The notes beneath the pieces were generated by a model. The model did no database searches, was not told where the DNA came from, and was given only the letters and a program-made list of their open reading frames with translations. From assembly GCA_965200245.1 (NCBI GenBank), contig CBDATS010000005.1, positions 704,001-768,000 on the forward strand: 64,000 bases of DNA, read 5' to 3'. Shown here piece after piece: positions 9,773-19,292 of this stretch. This DNA is from a bacterium. Its GTDB lineage: Bacteria > UBA8248. The position numbers and the translations under genes were made by a program. How positions within the stretch are numbered: position 1 is the stretch's first letter; each line of letters begins with the position of its first letter.

Positions 9773-10399
9773 TCACGGCGCTCTCGGGATGCTCAGCACT
9801 ACCGAATCCACCCGCCGGGAAACCTCATACCGCGCCCGCGCCATGGAGAACTGCGCGAGCAGGACGACGTTGGCCAGAGGCTCCTCCGCCGCTGCCTGCG
9901 CAATCAGAGAATCATGCGCCTGCCCGTCGCCTGCCTGAAGTGCGTCGAGCGCGCCCGGCACGTAGGAGTAGTCAATTGTGAGGTCGGCTCCTCTTTGTTC
10001 AGGCAGCACTTCTAGTTCACGTCGCATTGAGGGGCCCGAAGGCTTGAACGTAGAGAGGATACGGATGCGACCTCCAAGCGCTAGCGACTCTTCAAGCATC
10101 GCCTGATTTGGTTTCAAGACAGGGATTGGAAACTTCGCCTGCACAACCTCAATCGCCGTTCCGAAAGCAGAGCATGAATAGAGAATCGCCTCTGCGCCAC
10201 CGCGATGCGCGAATGCCGCGAGGCTCTCCACACGCTCGTTGATTTCAGGGGTGAGATGGCTGACAGCGTTCAGGTCGCGCATCAGGGATTCGTCGATGAG
10301 TTGCACTACTTCTACTTCGGGCCAATGGCTTTCGAACGCGGCTTCTATGGGTGATACCGCGACGCGGGTCGCATGAATGATGCCGATGCGGGCGGACAT
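9773..10399 (-). CDS. Asp/Glu/hydantoin racemase family protein (probable C-terminal frameshift)
   Basis: 'IHATRVAVSPI', 'LYSCSAFG', 'PVLKPN' and 'VVLLAQFSMARA'. Confidence 0.8.
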   Translation of the reverse strand: MSARIGIIHATRVAVSPIEAAFESHWPEVEVVQLIDESLMRDLNAVSHLTPEINERVESLAAFAHRGGAEAILYSCSAFGTAIEVVQAKFPIPVLKPNQAMLEESLALGGRIRILSTFKPSGPSMRRELEVLPEQRGADLTIDYSYVPGALDALQAGDGQAHDSLIAQAAAEEPLANVVLLAQFSMARARYEVSRRVDSVVLSIPRAP

Positions 10400-10571
10400 G
10401 TTCCGAATAAATCCTTTCCAAAACAAAGACGTACGAAACCGATGAATCAGAACACGGGATTCTGGACGAAGCGCGGTTTCATGGTAAGGGAGGAGTAATT
10501 ACATAGTTCCCTTTCAAGTCCAGAGCCCGGAAGCCCACTGCCAAGTCATGAAGCCATGCAAATAATTCCCA

Positions 10572-11093
10572 TCAAAAATCGACCTTGTCTGCCTCATCGG
10601 TCTCCGGGAAGGGCCCTTCTTTTATTTCGATGGCCTTCGTACCCGGTTCCAGGAATTCGATGCGATGCCCCTCGTACATGAGAATCATGTCGCCAGGCGC
10701 CAAGTTCACGTCGCCCGCATGATCGCCTTCCCTGGCGTAGACCCCGATTCGCATACGGCCAGATCGGCAAATCATAATCTGGTGACGTGTCGTATTCACG
10801 GGTCGTTCCGTCACTTCGTGGTAGTGGGGGTTCACTACGGCGCCGGGGTTTCGGTTCAGCATGACGATTTGAAGCGGGTTCTCGTCCGGCGTCATGTGCG
10901 CCTTCGTTCTTCGCTCAGTTTCGGGATCGGCGCCGGAGTAGGCTTCCGCCAGATGGGCTCGCTCGGCTTCGGAATCCAGATAGGGCGGGAAGGCGGCATA
11001 ATCGTCAAAATCGTTTCTGATGACCAGCGCCAGCGTTCTCCCATCGGTGGCCTTCACATATTCGACGCCGACCGCTTCGATTTCCCGAGCCAT
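10572..11093 (-). CDS. Cupin-fold hypothetical protein (WbuC-like)
   Basis: 'PHYH', 'LAPGDMILMYEGHRIEF' and 'EIKEGPF'. Confidence 0.65.
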   Translation of the reverse strand: MAREIEAVGVEYVKATDGRTLALVIRNDFDDYAAFPPYLDSEAERAHLAEAYSGADPETERRTKAHMTPDENPLQIVMLNRNPGAVVNPHYHEVTERPVNTTRHQIMICRSGRMRIGVYAREGDHAGDVNLAPGDMILMYEGHRIEFLEPGTKAIEIKEGPFPETDEADKVDF

Positions 11094-11151
11094 CCTTGTC
11101 TCCCTTATCTTCTAGTGATTTTGATGACCTTAGACACGAAACCAAATTTCC

Positions 11152-11949
11152 CTACAACCCCAGAACCTCGGCCATGCCGTAGATGCCGGGGGGGTTGTCG
11201 GCCACCCAGCGGACCGCGCGAACGGCGCCAACCGCGAAATTATCCCGGCTGCCTGCGCGGTGCGTGATTTCCACCCGCTCGCCCATGCCGAAGAAGTAGA
11301 CGGTGTGCTCGCCAGGAACGTCGCCGCCACGCAGCGTCTGCATCCCAATGACGCCTTCGGGGCGTATCCCCGTCTGGCCCTCCCGGTGAAACACCGCGTC
11401 TTCGGGATATTGCTTGCCCATCACACGGGCCAGAATCTCCCCCATGCGCACTGCCGTTCCCGAGGGGGCGTCCACCTTCTGGTTGTGGTGCACTTCCATG
11501 ACCTCTACATCATAGGCGTCGCCGAGGAGTCGGGCGGCCTCTTCTATCAGGCGAAAGGAGACGTTCACCCCCACGCTCATGTTCGGAGCGAGAACGCAGG
11601 CGATTTTGTCGCCGAAACCCGCAATTTCTTTGTGTTGCGCGTCGGAGAAGCCAGTGGTGCCGACAACGGCAGCCATTCCTTTTTCGGCAGCAATACGCAC
11701 ATGACCGACGCTGGCCCCGGGAATCGCGAAGGAAACGAGCACATCACCGCTCAGCGAGGATGGATCACTGGTGAGTTCCACACCCAATTCCCTGCAGCCT
11801 GCGTGCGCGCCCGCATCCGCACCCAAAGCTTCAAATCCTTCGCGCTCGAGAGCGCCCGAGAGGGTGAGATCGTCTGAAGAGGCGATTTGGTGGATGATGC
11901 GTCCCCCCATTCTTCCGCCGGCTCCGGCCACAACGATTCGTATCGACAC
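11152..11949 (-). CDS. dapB: 4-hydroxy-tetrahydrodipicolinate reductase
   Basis: 'GAGGRMG', 'VGTTG', 'APNMSVGVN' and 'EVHHNQKVDAPSGTA'. Confidence 0.97.
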   Translation of the reverse strand: MSIRIVVAGAGGRMGGRIIHQIASSDDLTLSGALEREGFEALGADAGAHAGCRELGVELTSDPSSLSGDVLVSFAIPGASVGHVRIAAEKGMAAVVGTTGFSDAQHKEIAGFGDKIACVLAPNMSVGVNVSFRLIEEAARLLGDAYDVEVMEVHHNQKVDAPSGTAVRMGEILARVMGKQYPEDAVFHREGQTGIRPEGVIGMQTLRGGDVPGEHTVYFFGMGERVEITHRAGSRDNFAVGAVRAVRWVADNPPGIYGMAEVLGL

Positions 11950-12113
11950 AGGATTCCCCTCCCCTCCAGAGAAAATAAGTCTTCCATGGAGAACATAAAA
12001 AGATAATCATACGCGCTTTGGGAAGAAGTGGGAACCTGCGCGCGTCATAAGGGTTGCAGGAGAAGGAAATGCCCATATTCAAACAAGATATCTGATACCA
12101 TAAGGCGGAAACG

Positions 12114-12737
12114 ATGTTCTCTCTGGCAATACTGGCATGGGGATTGGGGCTTTTGGATATCAGGCGAGAAGAACTCGATGAATCCGCCTGGGTCAAACGC
12201 TGCCAGAACGGCGACAGGGACGCTTTCGAACCCCTGTTTCGCCAAAACGTCGGAAAAATACAGCGCCTCGTGTGGGGGATGATCGGAGAACGCAAGGAAG
12301 ACACTAACGATGTCGTTCAGGAGATATTCCTGAAAGCATACTTGTCCCTGCACAATTTCCGGGGAGACGCCAAGTTCTCCACCTGGGTCTACCGAATTGC
12401 GGTTAACCATTGCCGCGATTACCTGAAGCGCGCCGCGCCACTGCCGCTGGAACTGAGTGAAGAGCATATCGTGGACGAACCGCCATCCAGAGACAAGGAA
12501 GAAGAGGATAAGCTGCGGGAGATGCAGGAAAGGCGTGCGAGCGACAAACTCCAGAAACTCCTGTCGCACCTATCGGCAAAACATCGCCATATTCTGGTAA
12601 TGCGTGAACTCGAGGGAATGAGTTACGATGAGATAGGCAAAGTGCTTGAGATCAAGCCCGGCACGGTGCGCTCGCGGCTCAATCGCGCGCGCGCCAGCCT
12701 TATGCACGTGGCCGAAAACAGCCGGGAGGATTCGTGA
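12114..12737 (+). CDS. ECF sigma-70 factor (true start may be TTG at 12153)
   Basis: 'DVVQEIFLKAY', 'FRGDAKFSTWVYRIAVN' and region 4 'GMSYDEIG...GTVRSRLNRAR'. Confidence 0.93.
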   Translation: MFSLAILAWGLGLLDIRREELDESAWVKRCQNGDRDAFEPLFRQNVGKIQRLVWGMIGERKEDTNDVVQEIFLKAYLSLHNFRGDAKFSTWVYRIAVNHCRDYLKRAAPLPLELSEEHIVDEPPSRDKEEEDKLREMQERRASDKLQKLLSHLSAKHRHILVMRELEGMSYDEIGKVLEIKPGTVRSRLNRARASLMHVAENSREDS

Positions 12738-13216
12738 TGTACTGGTGGAAGGAGGCGTTCGACAAGCGCCGAAGGGCGCGGGACTGGGACGCTCCCCGGA
12801 CCGAAGACGAGACGGTCACGGAGTGCAAGTCCCTCTTCGAGGCTGCCCGCGAGAATGCTCCTGCGCCTGACGAAAAAATGTGGGAAAAGCTGCGTCCCCA
12901 GCTTGTCGCCCATGAAGCACAGGTCCAAGGTACTTTCTCCTTCGTCTCGGCACTGGCCACAACGGGACCGAGATTCGCCGCGGCGGTCTTGGGCGTCATG
13001 CTCATCATCGCAAGTCTTTTCTGGAGCCAAGGCGTCAGGATACAAATGCAGACCCTCGAACCCAGGGCGAGCCTGATGGTCAGTCTGGAGAGGAACCCCC
13101 TGAACCCCATTATGATGATTGGCAACGGACTCGAAGCGGAAACAGGCCAGGACTTGCTTCAATACGCTATCTACGACTCACCTGCACACTTAGGGATATT
13201 GAGACGGGAACAATGA
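12734..13216 (+). CDS. Putative single-pass anti-sigma factor
   Basis: Overlaps the sigma stop codon and has one central TM helix 'FAAAVLGVMLIIASLFW'. Confidence 0.6.
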   Translation: MMYWWKEAFDKRRRARDWDAPRTEDETVTECKSLFEAARENAPAPDEKMWEKLRPQLVAHEAQVQGTFSFVSALATTGPRFAAAVLGVMLIIASLFWSQGVRIQMQTLEPRASLMVSLERNPLNPIMMIGNGLEAETGQDLLQYAIYDSPAHLGILRREQ

Positions 13217-13734
13217 GAAACTGGTTCACGAAAGAATTCATAAAGGTTTCGGCGGTGTTGCTGATTGTGTTCCTGGCAGGCGCTGGAACAGGCTACGTCG
13301 GCGGACGCAAACATGCGCATTACGAGTTCCTCCAGGCAGAGCAACGTACCATGGGAGGTCTCCATGCCAGCCAGGTACGATCCCTGAAGCACGGCACCCG
13401 CTCCTTCCGCGCCAGAGGCGAAAGACGATTCATACGACGGTTGGAACACGACTTGAACTTGAATTCTGCACAACGGGCGAACGTCGATCGTGCGCTCCAG
13501 AATCATTACGAGCGCATCCGTGAAATCAGAAGCCGGATGAGGCCCCAGATCAATTCCATCATGCAGGAAATCCGCAATGACGTGCGATCTTTCCTGGACG
13601 ACGAACAGAAAATATCTTTCGACCAAATGGTCGAAAAACACAAGAAAAGACGCGAGATGAGACGTCAACGAAGAATAGAGAGAGCCAAAAAGATACGTCC
13701 GGACACCTCGGTTTCACCGGCCATGAAACCATGA
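13213..13734 (+). CDS. Membrane-anchored periplasmic helical protein (Spy/ZraP/heavy-metal-sensor-like)
   Basis: N-terminal TM 'VLLIVFLAGAGTG' and LTxxQ-like motifs 'LNLNSAQ' and 'FLDDEQ'. Confidence 0.65.
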   Translation: MRNWFTKEFIKVSAVLLIVFLAGAGTGYVGGRKHAHYEFLQAEQRTMGGLHASQVRSLKHGTRSFRARGERRFIRRLEHDLNLNSAQRANVDRALQNHYERIREIRSRMRPQINSIMQEIRNDVRSFLDDEQKISFDQMVEKHKKRREMRRQRRIERAKKIRPDTSVSPAMKP

Positions 13735-13795
13735 GTTCGTGCTCAATATGCCGCTACTCTTTGAAATACAAACGCCAAACCGGAGGAATACGAAA

Positions 13796-14416
13796 ATGAA
13801 ACGCCACATACATCGCACCCTGGCGACAATCGCCCTGGCCGCCGTATTAAGCCTCGGCCTCGTCGGTGCATCCTGGGCCGCCGAGCAAGAATCTTCCCGG
13901 GATCGAATGCCGAATTTCCCACAAATCATAGAACAGATGATGGAACAAGCGCATCTCACAGGAAACCGGCACCATCGGGGACGCCACGGAATGCACGGCC
14001 CGAGACCCTACTCGGCGCGTCCTCTGATTTCCATCGCGCTGAGGAACCAAGAAGAGCTCAAGCTCACCGATGATCAGGTGAAACGCCTCAAGGACATCAG
14101 AGACGCGTTTTCCAAGTTGTCTGTCAAACAACGCGCCGAAATGAAAACCCGCAGAATCGACATCAGACGCGCGCTCGATAACGAGAAAGTCGACCTTGCC
14201 GACGTGGAGAAGAAAATACGCGAGATTTCCACAATGCGCGCGGACTTGAGGATTGCGCGCCTCAAAGCGATTCAGGAGGGCAAATCCTTACTTAACGCCG
14301 AGCAGCAGAAGCAGTTATCTGAATTCGTCAGAAAGCACCGTGGCCGAGGACACCACCGATTCCATCACCAGATGTACCGAGGTTCCGGCTCCGGGGACAA
14401 CCCCAAGACCTACTAG
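13796..14416 (+). CDS. Spy/CpxP family periplasmic chaperone
   Basis: GGAGG RBS, signal peptide ending ASWA, 'LKLTDDQ' and 'LLNAEQ' motifs, and His-rich segments. Confidence 0.82.
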   Translation: MKRHIHRTLATIALAAVLSLGLVGASWAAEQESSRDRMPNFPQIIEQMMEQAHLTGNRHHRGRHGMHGPRPYSARPLISIALRNQEELKLTDDQVKRLKDIRDAFSKLSVKQRAEMKTRRIDIRRALDNEKVDLADVEKKIREISTMRADLRIARLKAIQEGKSLLNAEQQKQLSEFVRKHRGRGHHRFHHQMYRGSGSGDNPKTY

Positions 14417-14488
14417 ACTTCCAGGTCCCCTGCGGCATGGCGTGAAAACCATGCCGCAGGTTTTCGGGCCCCACTCAAGGGAGCACCC

Positions 14489-14647
14489 ATGTGGATTCTG
14501 ATGTATGAGATATATGCTGGTTACGATATGCTCGACATCACCCTGGCGGGTGCCATCGTCATTGCTTCAGGACTGATATGCGCTCTTCTGAGAAAACTCT
14601 GGCAGGATGATTTTCCCTACCCAGCATCTTCAGAGGGAAAAGGGTAA
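14489..14647 (+). CDS. Small (52 aa) membrane protein missed by the ORF track
   Basis: AAGGGAG RBS, then MWILMYEIYAGYDMLDITLAGAIVIASGLICALLRKLWQDDFPYPASSEGKG*, with one TM helix followed by RK. Confidence 0.5.
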   Translation: MWILMYEIYAGYDMLDITLAGAIVIASGLICALLRKLWQDDFPYPASSEGKG

Positions 14648-14660
14648 TGCCGTCTCCGAT

Positions 14661-15485
14661 TTACAGCAATGCCTCTTCCGTCATTTCCCCCTTGTAGACC
14701 AGCTTGGTTGCCCCTTCCATGTAGACATCGTGCGCTTGACTGCCGACACCCTCGAAGTAGATTTTGAGTATCTCGCCACTGCGCACGTTCACGTCCACTG
14801 GAGCACTCACCAGACCACGCGTGGCAGCGAGAATCGCCGTCGCCACGGCACCCGTGCCGCAAGCGAGTGTTTCGTTCTCGACACCCCGCTCATAGGTTCT
14901 TAGAATCACGGAACTCTCCCCGCTTATCTGCGCGAAATTCGCGTTCGCACCCGCAGGCGCAAACGCATCGTGGGTGCGGACAGCCCGACCATCGCCCACG
15001 ATGTCGACAGCCTCCACGTCGTCCATGAACTCCACCGCGTGGGGGACACCGGTATTGAGGTGATCGACCACAATTTCCCTTCCGTTTATGTCGAGCCGAA
15101 TGTCTGAGCGAAAATCGAAGGGCTGCGTCATTCGCAGCTTCACTGTCGAATCGTTCATCGTCGCATCGATAACGCCCGCGATGGTCTCGAACGAGACCGA
15201 ATCCGTGGCGATGCCCAACTCCCTCGCGAACCGCGCGGCGCAGCGTCCACCGTTTCCGCACATCTCGCCCTCGGAGCCGTCGGCATTGAAGAAGCGCCAT
15301 TTGAAATCGGCTCGTTCGCTTGGTTCAATGAACATCAGTCCGTCTGCGCCTACAGACTGGCCCCTGCGGCAAACCCGCCGGACGAAATCGATCATTTCAT
15401 CAGCGCGGTGCTTGAGACTCCTGTTGTCGATGAAAATGAAGTCGTTGCCACTTCCACTGAACTTGGTGAATTCGATTCTGCTCAA
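14661..15485 (-). CDS. dapF: Diaminopimelate epimerase
   Basis: 'GSGNDF', 'GADG', 'NADGSEGEMCGNGGRC' and 'RTYERGVENETLACGTG'. Confidence 0.97.
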   Translation of the reverse strand: MSRIEFTKFSGSGNDFIFIDNRSLKHRADEMIDFVRRVCRRGQSVGADGLMFIEPSERADFKWRFFNADGSEGEMCGNGGRCAARFARELGIATDSVSFETIAGVIDATMNDSTVKLRMTQPFDFRSDIRLDINGREIVVDHLNTGVPHAVEFMDDVEAVDIVGDGRAVRTHDAFAPAGANANFAQISGESSVILRTYERGVENETLACGTGAVATAILAATRGLVSAPVDVNVRSGEILKIYFEGVGSQAHDVYMEGATKLVYKGEMTEEALL

Positions 15486-16759
15486 TGTATCTGCCTCTCT
15501 CCGATGAATGCGGGAATATGTTCGCCGCGAACGAGATCGTCATACGTCTCGCGTTCCCTGATTATATGATACTCCTCCCCGCGCACAAGAATTTCGGGGG
15601 GTCTGGGGCGCGAGTTGTAATTCGACGCCATGGTGAAGCCATACGCACCCGAACTCATGATGGCCACCAGGTCGTCACGGTAAAATTCGGGTAAATCCCG
15701 GTCCTTGGCAAGGTAGTCTCCACTCTCGCAGACGGGGCCCACGAGGTCGGTCAGATGCTTCGTCCTGCTCCGCACCGCTTCCTCGACAGGCCACACGTCC
15801 TGGAAGGCCTGATAGAGGCTGGGACGGATCAAGTCATTCATGCCAGCGTCTATGATCACGAAGCGCTTGTCCGGATTATTCTTCCCATACAGTACGCGCG
15901 TGACAAGAATGCCTGCATTACCCGTGATGACGCGACCCGGCTCGAAAATGAGCGTACACCCCAAACCCTTGAGCTTCGGCAGTATGGCCGCCGCATAGTC
16001 TTTCGGTAACGGCGGTGCCTCGTCGTGATAGGTGATGCCCAGTCCACCGCCCAGGTTTAGATACCGGATGTCGTGCCCGTCTGCGCGCAACTCGCTCACC
16101 AAGCGCGCTACGATTTCCACCGCATCGGCGAACGGGGCACTCGAGGTGATCTGACTTCCGATATGGCAATGTACACCGGAGGGTTCGATCCCCTCGAGTT
16201 TTGCTGCTGTCTGGTACTGTTCCCGCGCTCGATTGATGTCGATGCCGAACTTGCTCTTCTTGAGTCCTGTGGTGATGTAGGGGTGGGTCTGGGGGTCGAC
16301 ATCGGGGTTTACCCGAATCGCGACATTCGCCCGCTTGCCCATGCGGCTCGCCACGGAGCCGATGTTCACCAGTTCCTCTTCGCTCTCTACGTTGAAAAGC
16401 AAGACACATTTCTCAAGCGCAAAGGCGATTTCCTCATCCGACTTGCCGACACCTGCGAATACAATGCGGTTTGCGGGGAGGCCTGCCTTGACCGCGCGGA
16501 ACAATTCACCTCCCGAAACGATGTCCAGCCCTCCGCCCATCACACCGAAGAGCCTGAGTATCGCCAGGTTCGAGTTGCTCTTCATAGCGAAACAGATGAG
16601 GTGCGGAACGGACGCGAACGCCTCGTCGAAGACCCGGAAATGACGCGAGAGCGTTTCGTGGCTATAGACGTAGAAAGGCGTCCCCACCTCTTCCGCCAGC
16701 TGCGTCAAGGAAACATTTTCGGCGCACAACTGCCCGTCCTTGTATTCGAAATGGTGCAT
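15482..16759 (-). CDS. lysA: Diaminopimelate decarboxylase
   Basis: 'GTPFYVYS', 'FAMKSNSN', 'HCHIGSQI', 'EPGR' and 'GPVCESGD'. Confidence 0.97.
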   Translation of the reverse strand: MHHFEYKDGQLCAENVSLTQLAEEVGTPFYVYSHETLSRHFRVFDEAFASVPHLICFAMKSNSNLAILRLFGVMGGGLDIVSGGELFRAVKAGLPANRIVFAGVGKSDEEIAFALEKCVLLFNVESEEELVNIGSVASRMGKRANVAIRVNPDVDPQTHPYITTGLKKSKFGIDINRAREQYQTAAKLEGIEPSGVHCHIGSQITSSAPFADAVEIVARLVSELRADGHDIRYLNLGGGLGITYHDEAPPLPKDYAAAILPKLKGLGCTLIFEPGRVITGNAGILVTRVLYGKNNPDKRFVIIDAGMNDLIRPSLYQAFQDVWPVEEAVRSRTKHLTDLVGPVCESGDYLAKDRDLPEFYRDDLVAIMSSGAYGFTMASNYNSRPRPPEILVRGEEYHIIRERETYDDLVRGEHIPAFIGERQIH

Positions 16760-16799
16760 TCTGAAAGCTCTCTTTCCGAGTCCGGCAAACCTCAAGTTC

Positions 16800-16916
16800 T
16801 CACGAACCCGAAGCGACCGGACTCCTGGGTGGTTTCGGCGGTCCCTTGACGCCACAACCCACGGCCATGCAGGTTATCCCGACAACCAAGACGCCCGCCA
16901 GTAATATTCTTTTCAT
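16800..16916 (-). CDS. Small lipoprotein, LppL/LptM (YifL)-like
   Basis: MKRILLAGVLVVGITCMAVG-CGVKGPPKPP has a lipobox plus CGxKGP, in the conserved position upstream of lysA. Confidence 0.8.
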   Translation of the reverse strand: MKRILLAGVLVVGITCMAVGCGVKGPPKPPRSPVASGS

Positions 16917-16920
16917 GATC

Positions 16921-18333
16921 CTATATTCCCAGACGTTTTTTTTCGGCCCGAATCTGGGACCGCACACTTCTCCTGGAAGCGCCGCCAGCACTGCCCCTCG
17001 AAAGCAGGGATTTCGCCAAATCCGTTTCCGCCAAGTCATCCAGGTTAAGATGGGAGTCAGCCTCTTCCAAATCCTTTGCTCCCAACTCCCCGAGCGCCAT
17101 CCCCTTTTCGATGGCGATTCGCACGGCGCGGCCCGCCGCCTCGTGGGCCTGGCGGAAGGGAACCCCCCGCCGCACCATGGCGTCGGCCAAATCGGTTGCA
17201 GTCATGTACCCACCCTCTGCGGCCCGGGCCATCGCTTCCGGCCTGAATCGAACGGATTCGACCATAGGCGCCATGACCTCCAAGGAGGCCAAAAGGGAAT
17301 CCGCGGCGTCGAACAGGGATTCCTTGTCCTCCTGCATATCCCGGTTATAGGTGAGCGGCAGCCCTTTCATCAAGGTGAGCAGGGCCATGAAATCGCCAAC
17401 TACGCGTCCACTCTTGGCCCGGACGATCTCGGCTACGTCGGGATTTTTCTTTTGCGGCATGAGCGAGCTTCCCGTTGCGAACGAGTCCGCAAGCTCTACA
17501 AAACCGAACTCTCCACTCGCCCAGAGGACGATCTCCTCCCCGAGCCTGCTCAAGTGCATCATCGAAATTGAGGCGGCGGATGCGAACTCGAGCGCGAAAT
17601 CCCTATCGCTCACAGCGTCCATGCTGTTCTCGGCGACAGAATCGAACCCGAGTCGTTTTGCCACCATTTTTCTGTCTATGGGGTGGCTCGTGCCCGCAAG
17701 CGCGCCCGCACCCAGCGGCAGGACGTTAACGCGGGAGCGCGTTTCGGTGAAACGCTCCCCGTCGCGCCTGAACATCTGGGAATACGCGAGCAAGTGATGT
17801 GCCAGCGAGACGGGCTGCGCGCGCTGCAAATGCGTGTAGCCGGGCATCACGGTATCGACGTGCGCTTCGGCCTGCTCCAACAGTGCACGCCTTAGCGCCA
17901 AAAGCGCCTCTCCTGTCTCGTCGATGCGGCTTCTGAGCCACAGCCTGAGCGAGGTGGCCACTTGATCGTTTCGACTCCGGGCGGTGTGCAATCTGCCGCC
18001 GACTGAGCCGATGCGCTTCGTGAGTGCCGCCTCGACGTTCATGTGCACATCTTCGAGTTCAGTCCGGAACTCGAACTTGCCCGTCTCCACTTCACTCAGA
18101 ATAGCCTTTAAGCCGGCGACGATGGCGCTGGCGTCTTTTTTCGTAATGATCCCCCGTGCACCAAGCATCTCCGCGTGCGCGATAGAAGCAAGGACATCAT
18201 ACGGCGCCAAGCGGTAGTCGAACGAAACGCTTTCAGTAAAGGCCTCCACGCGCGCGTCCGTCCTTCCCCGGAACCTCCCGCCCCAAGGTTTATGGGTCTT
18301 CGTCTTCTGAGACTTTGCTTCTCTCCTTGGCAT
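16921..18333 (-). CDS. argH: Argininosuccinate lyase
   Basis: 'WGGRF', 'LHTARSRNDQVAT', 'MPGYTHLQRAQP' and 'GSSLMPQKKNPD'. Confidence 0.98.
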   Translation of the reverse strand: MPRREAKSQKTKTHKPWGGRFRGRTDARVEAFTESVSFDYRLAPYDVLASIAHAEMLGARGIITKKDASAIVAGLKAILSEVETGKFEFRTELEDVHMNVEAALTKRIGSVGGRLHTARSRNDQVATSLRLWLRSRIDETGEALLALRRALLEQAEAHVDTVMPGYTHLQRAQPVSLAHHLLAYSQMFRRDGERFTETRSRVNVLPLGAGALAGTSHPIDRKMVAKRLGFDSVAENSMDAVSDRDFALEFASAASISMMHLSRLGEEIVLWASGEFGFVELADSFATGSSLMPQKKNPDVAEIVRAKSGRVVGDFMALLTLMKGLPLTYNRDMQEDKESLFDAADSLLASLEVMAPMVESVRFRPEAMARAAEGGYMTATDLADAMVRRGVPFRQAHEAAGRAVRIAIEKGMALGELGAKDLEEADSHLNLDDLAETDLAKSLLSRGSAGGASRRSVRSQIRAEKKRLGI

Positions 18334-19292
18334 CCTGGATTTCCTAACACAAATTCAACCCTTGGCGCATAACCCTTTTGGAGTCATTCCACCCAGTGTG
18401 TCAACCAATACCAACCCGTCCGTCACCGAGTAAATTTTTCCGATGAGAAAAGAAACGCGGAAACACCAGCAACAGCAAACACATCCGGTTTTGCCGGATA
18501 AATGGACAAAAGCGGATATCGCCAGAACATGGCTGGTAACAGAATCGTCAAACGGAGGTGCTGCGTGCGCCTGACATGCCCTGTATATGCGTTTCGTGAT
18601 CGAATCACAATCAATCATGGCCTTACGCGTCGCCTGGTTTAATTCCGAGACAATATGAAATCCAGGCTTCCGATGGATGAAATACAAGGAGGATTTTGAA
18701 CCCAACTCGTTGAGCATCTTCTTCACATTATCGATAAAGGCAAAGTTCTTGGTCCGTTCTCGGGGATCAGTATTACAACTCTTGCGACTAGTCGCAGAGG
18801 GCATCAAACTACGGAGACAGAGATTATACTAGTGGACAACCTCGTTGCGAGAACGGTCACCGTCGCCAAGGACGTCCACACCCGACGTTTTGTCGACGTA
18901 TTCACCGCATTTCTGGAACACCCGGCAAAAGACGCTCTCAAAATAGGGTATGCGTAATCACAACAGAGTACAATGCACACCGAAAAGTCTCCGCTCAATT
19001 TGAAGCATTACAAAGTGACTCCGGGCCGAGGGTATATTAATGGAATGTTCCACTACACACTTCGAACCTTGGATACATAATGATTGGTTTTTCAAACGCA
19101 CAATTCCGAGAATTTATGTGCATGAGGACACACAGAGAACTGCTTACAAGGCAACAGGCGATGAGGGCACCCAAGGGGCATGAAAATCAAGGAGGACCGC
19201 CCGGGTCGCTTGCGGGCACGTGCTGCATCTTCTAGGATGCGGTTCATACAGCCATTTTTCGAACCTTTCGGCCGATTTTTGGGAAAACGCAT

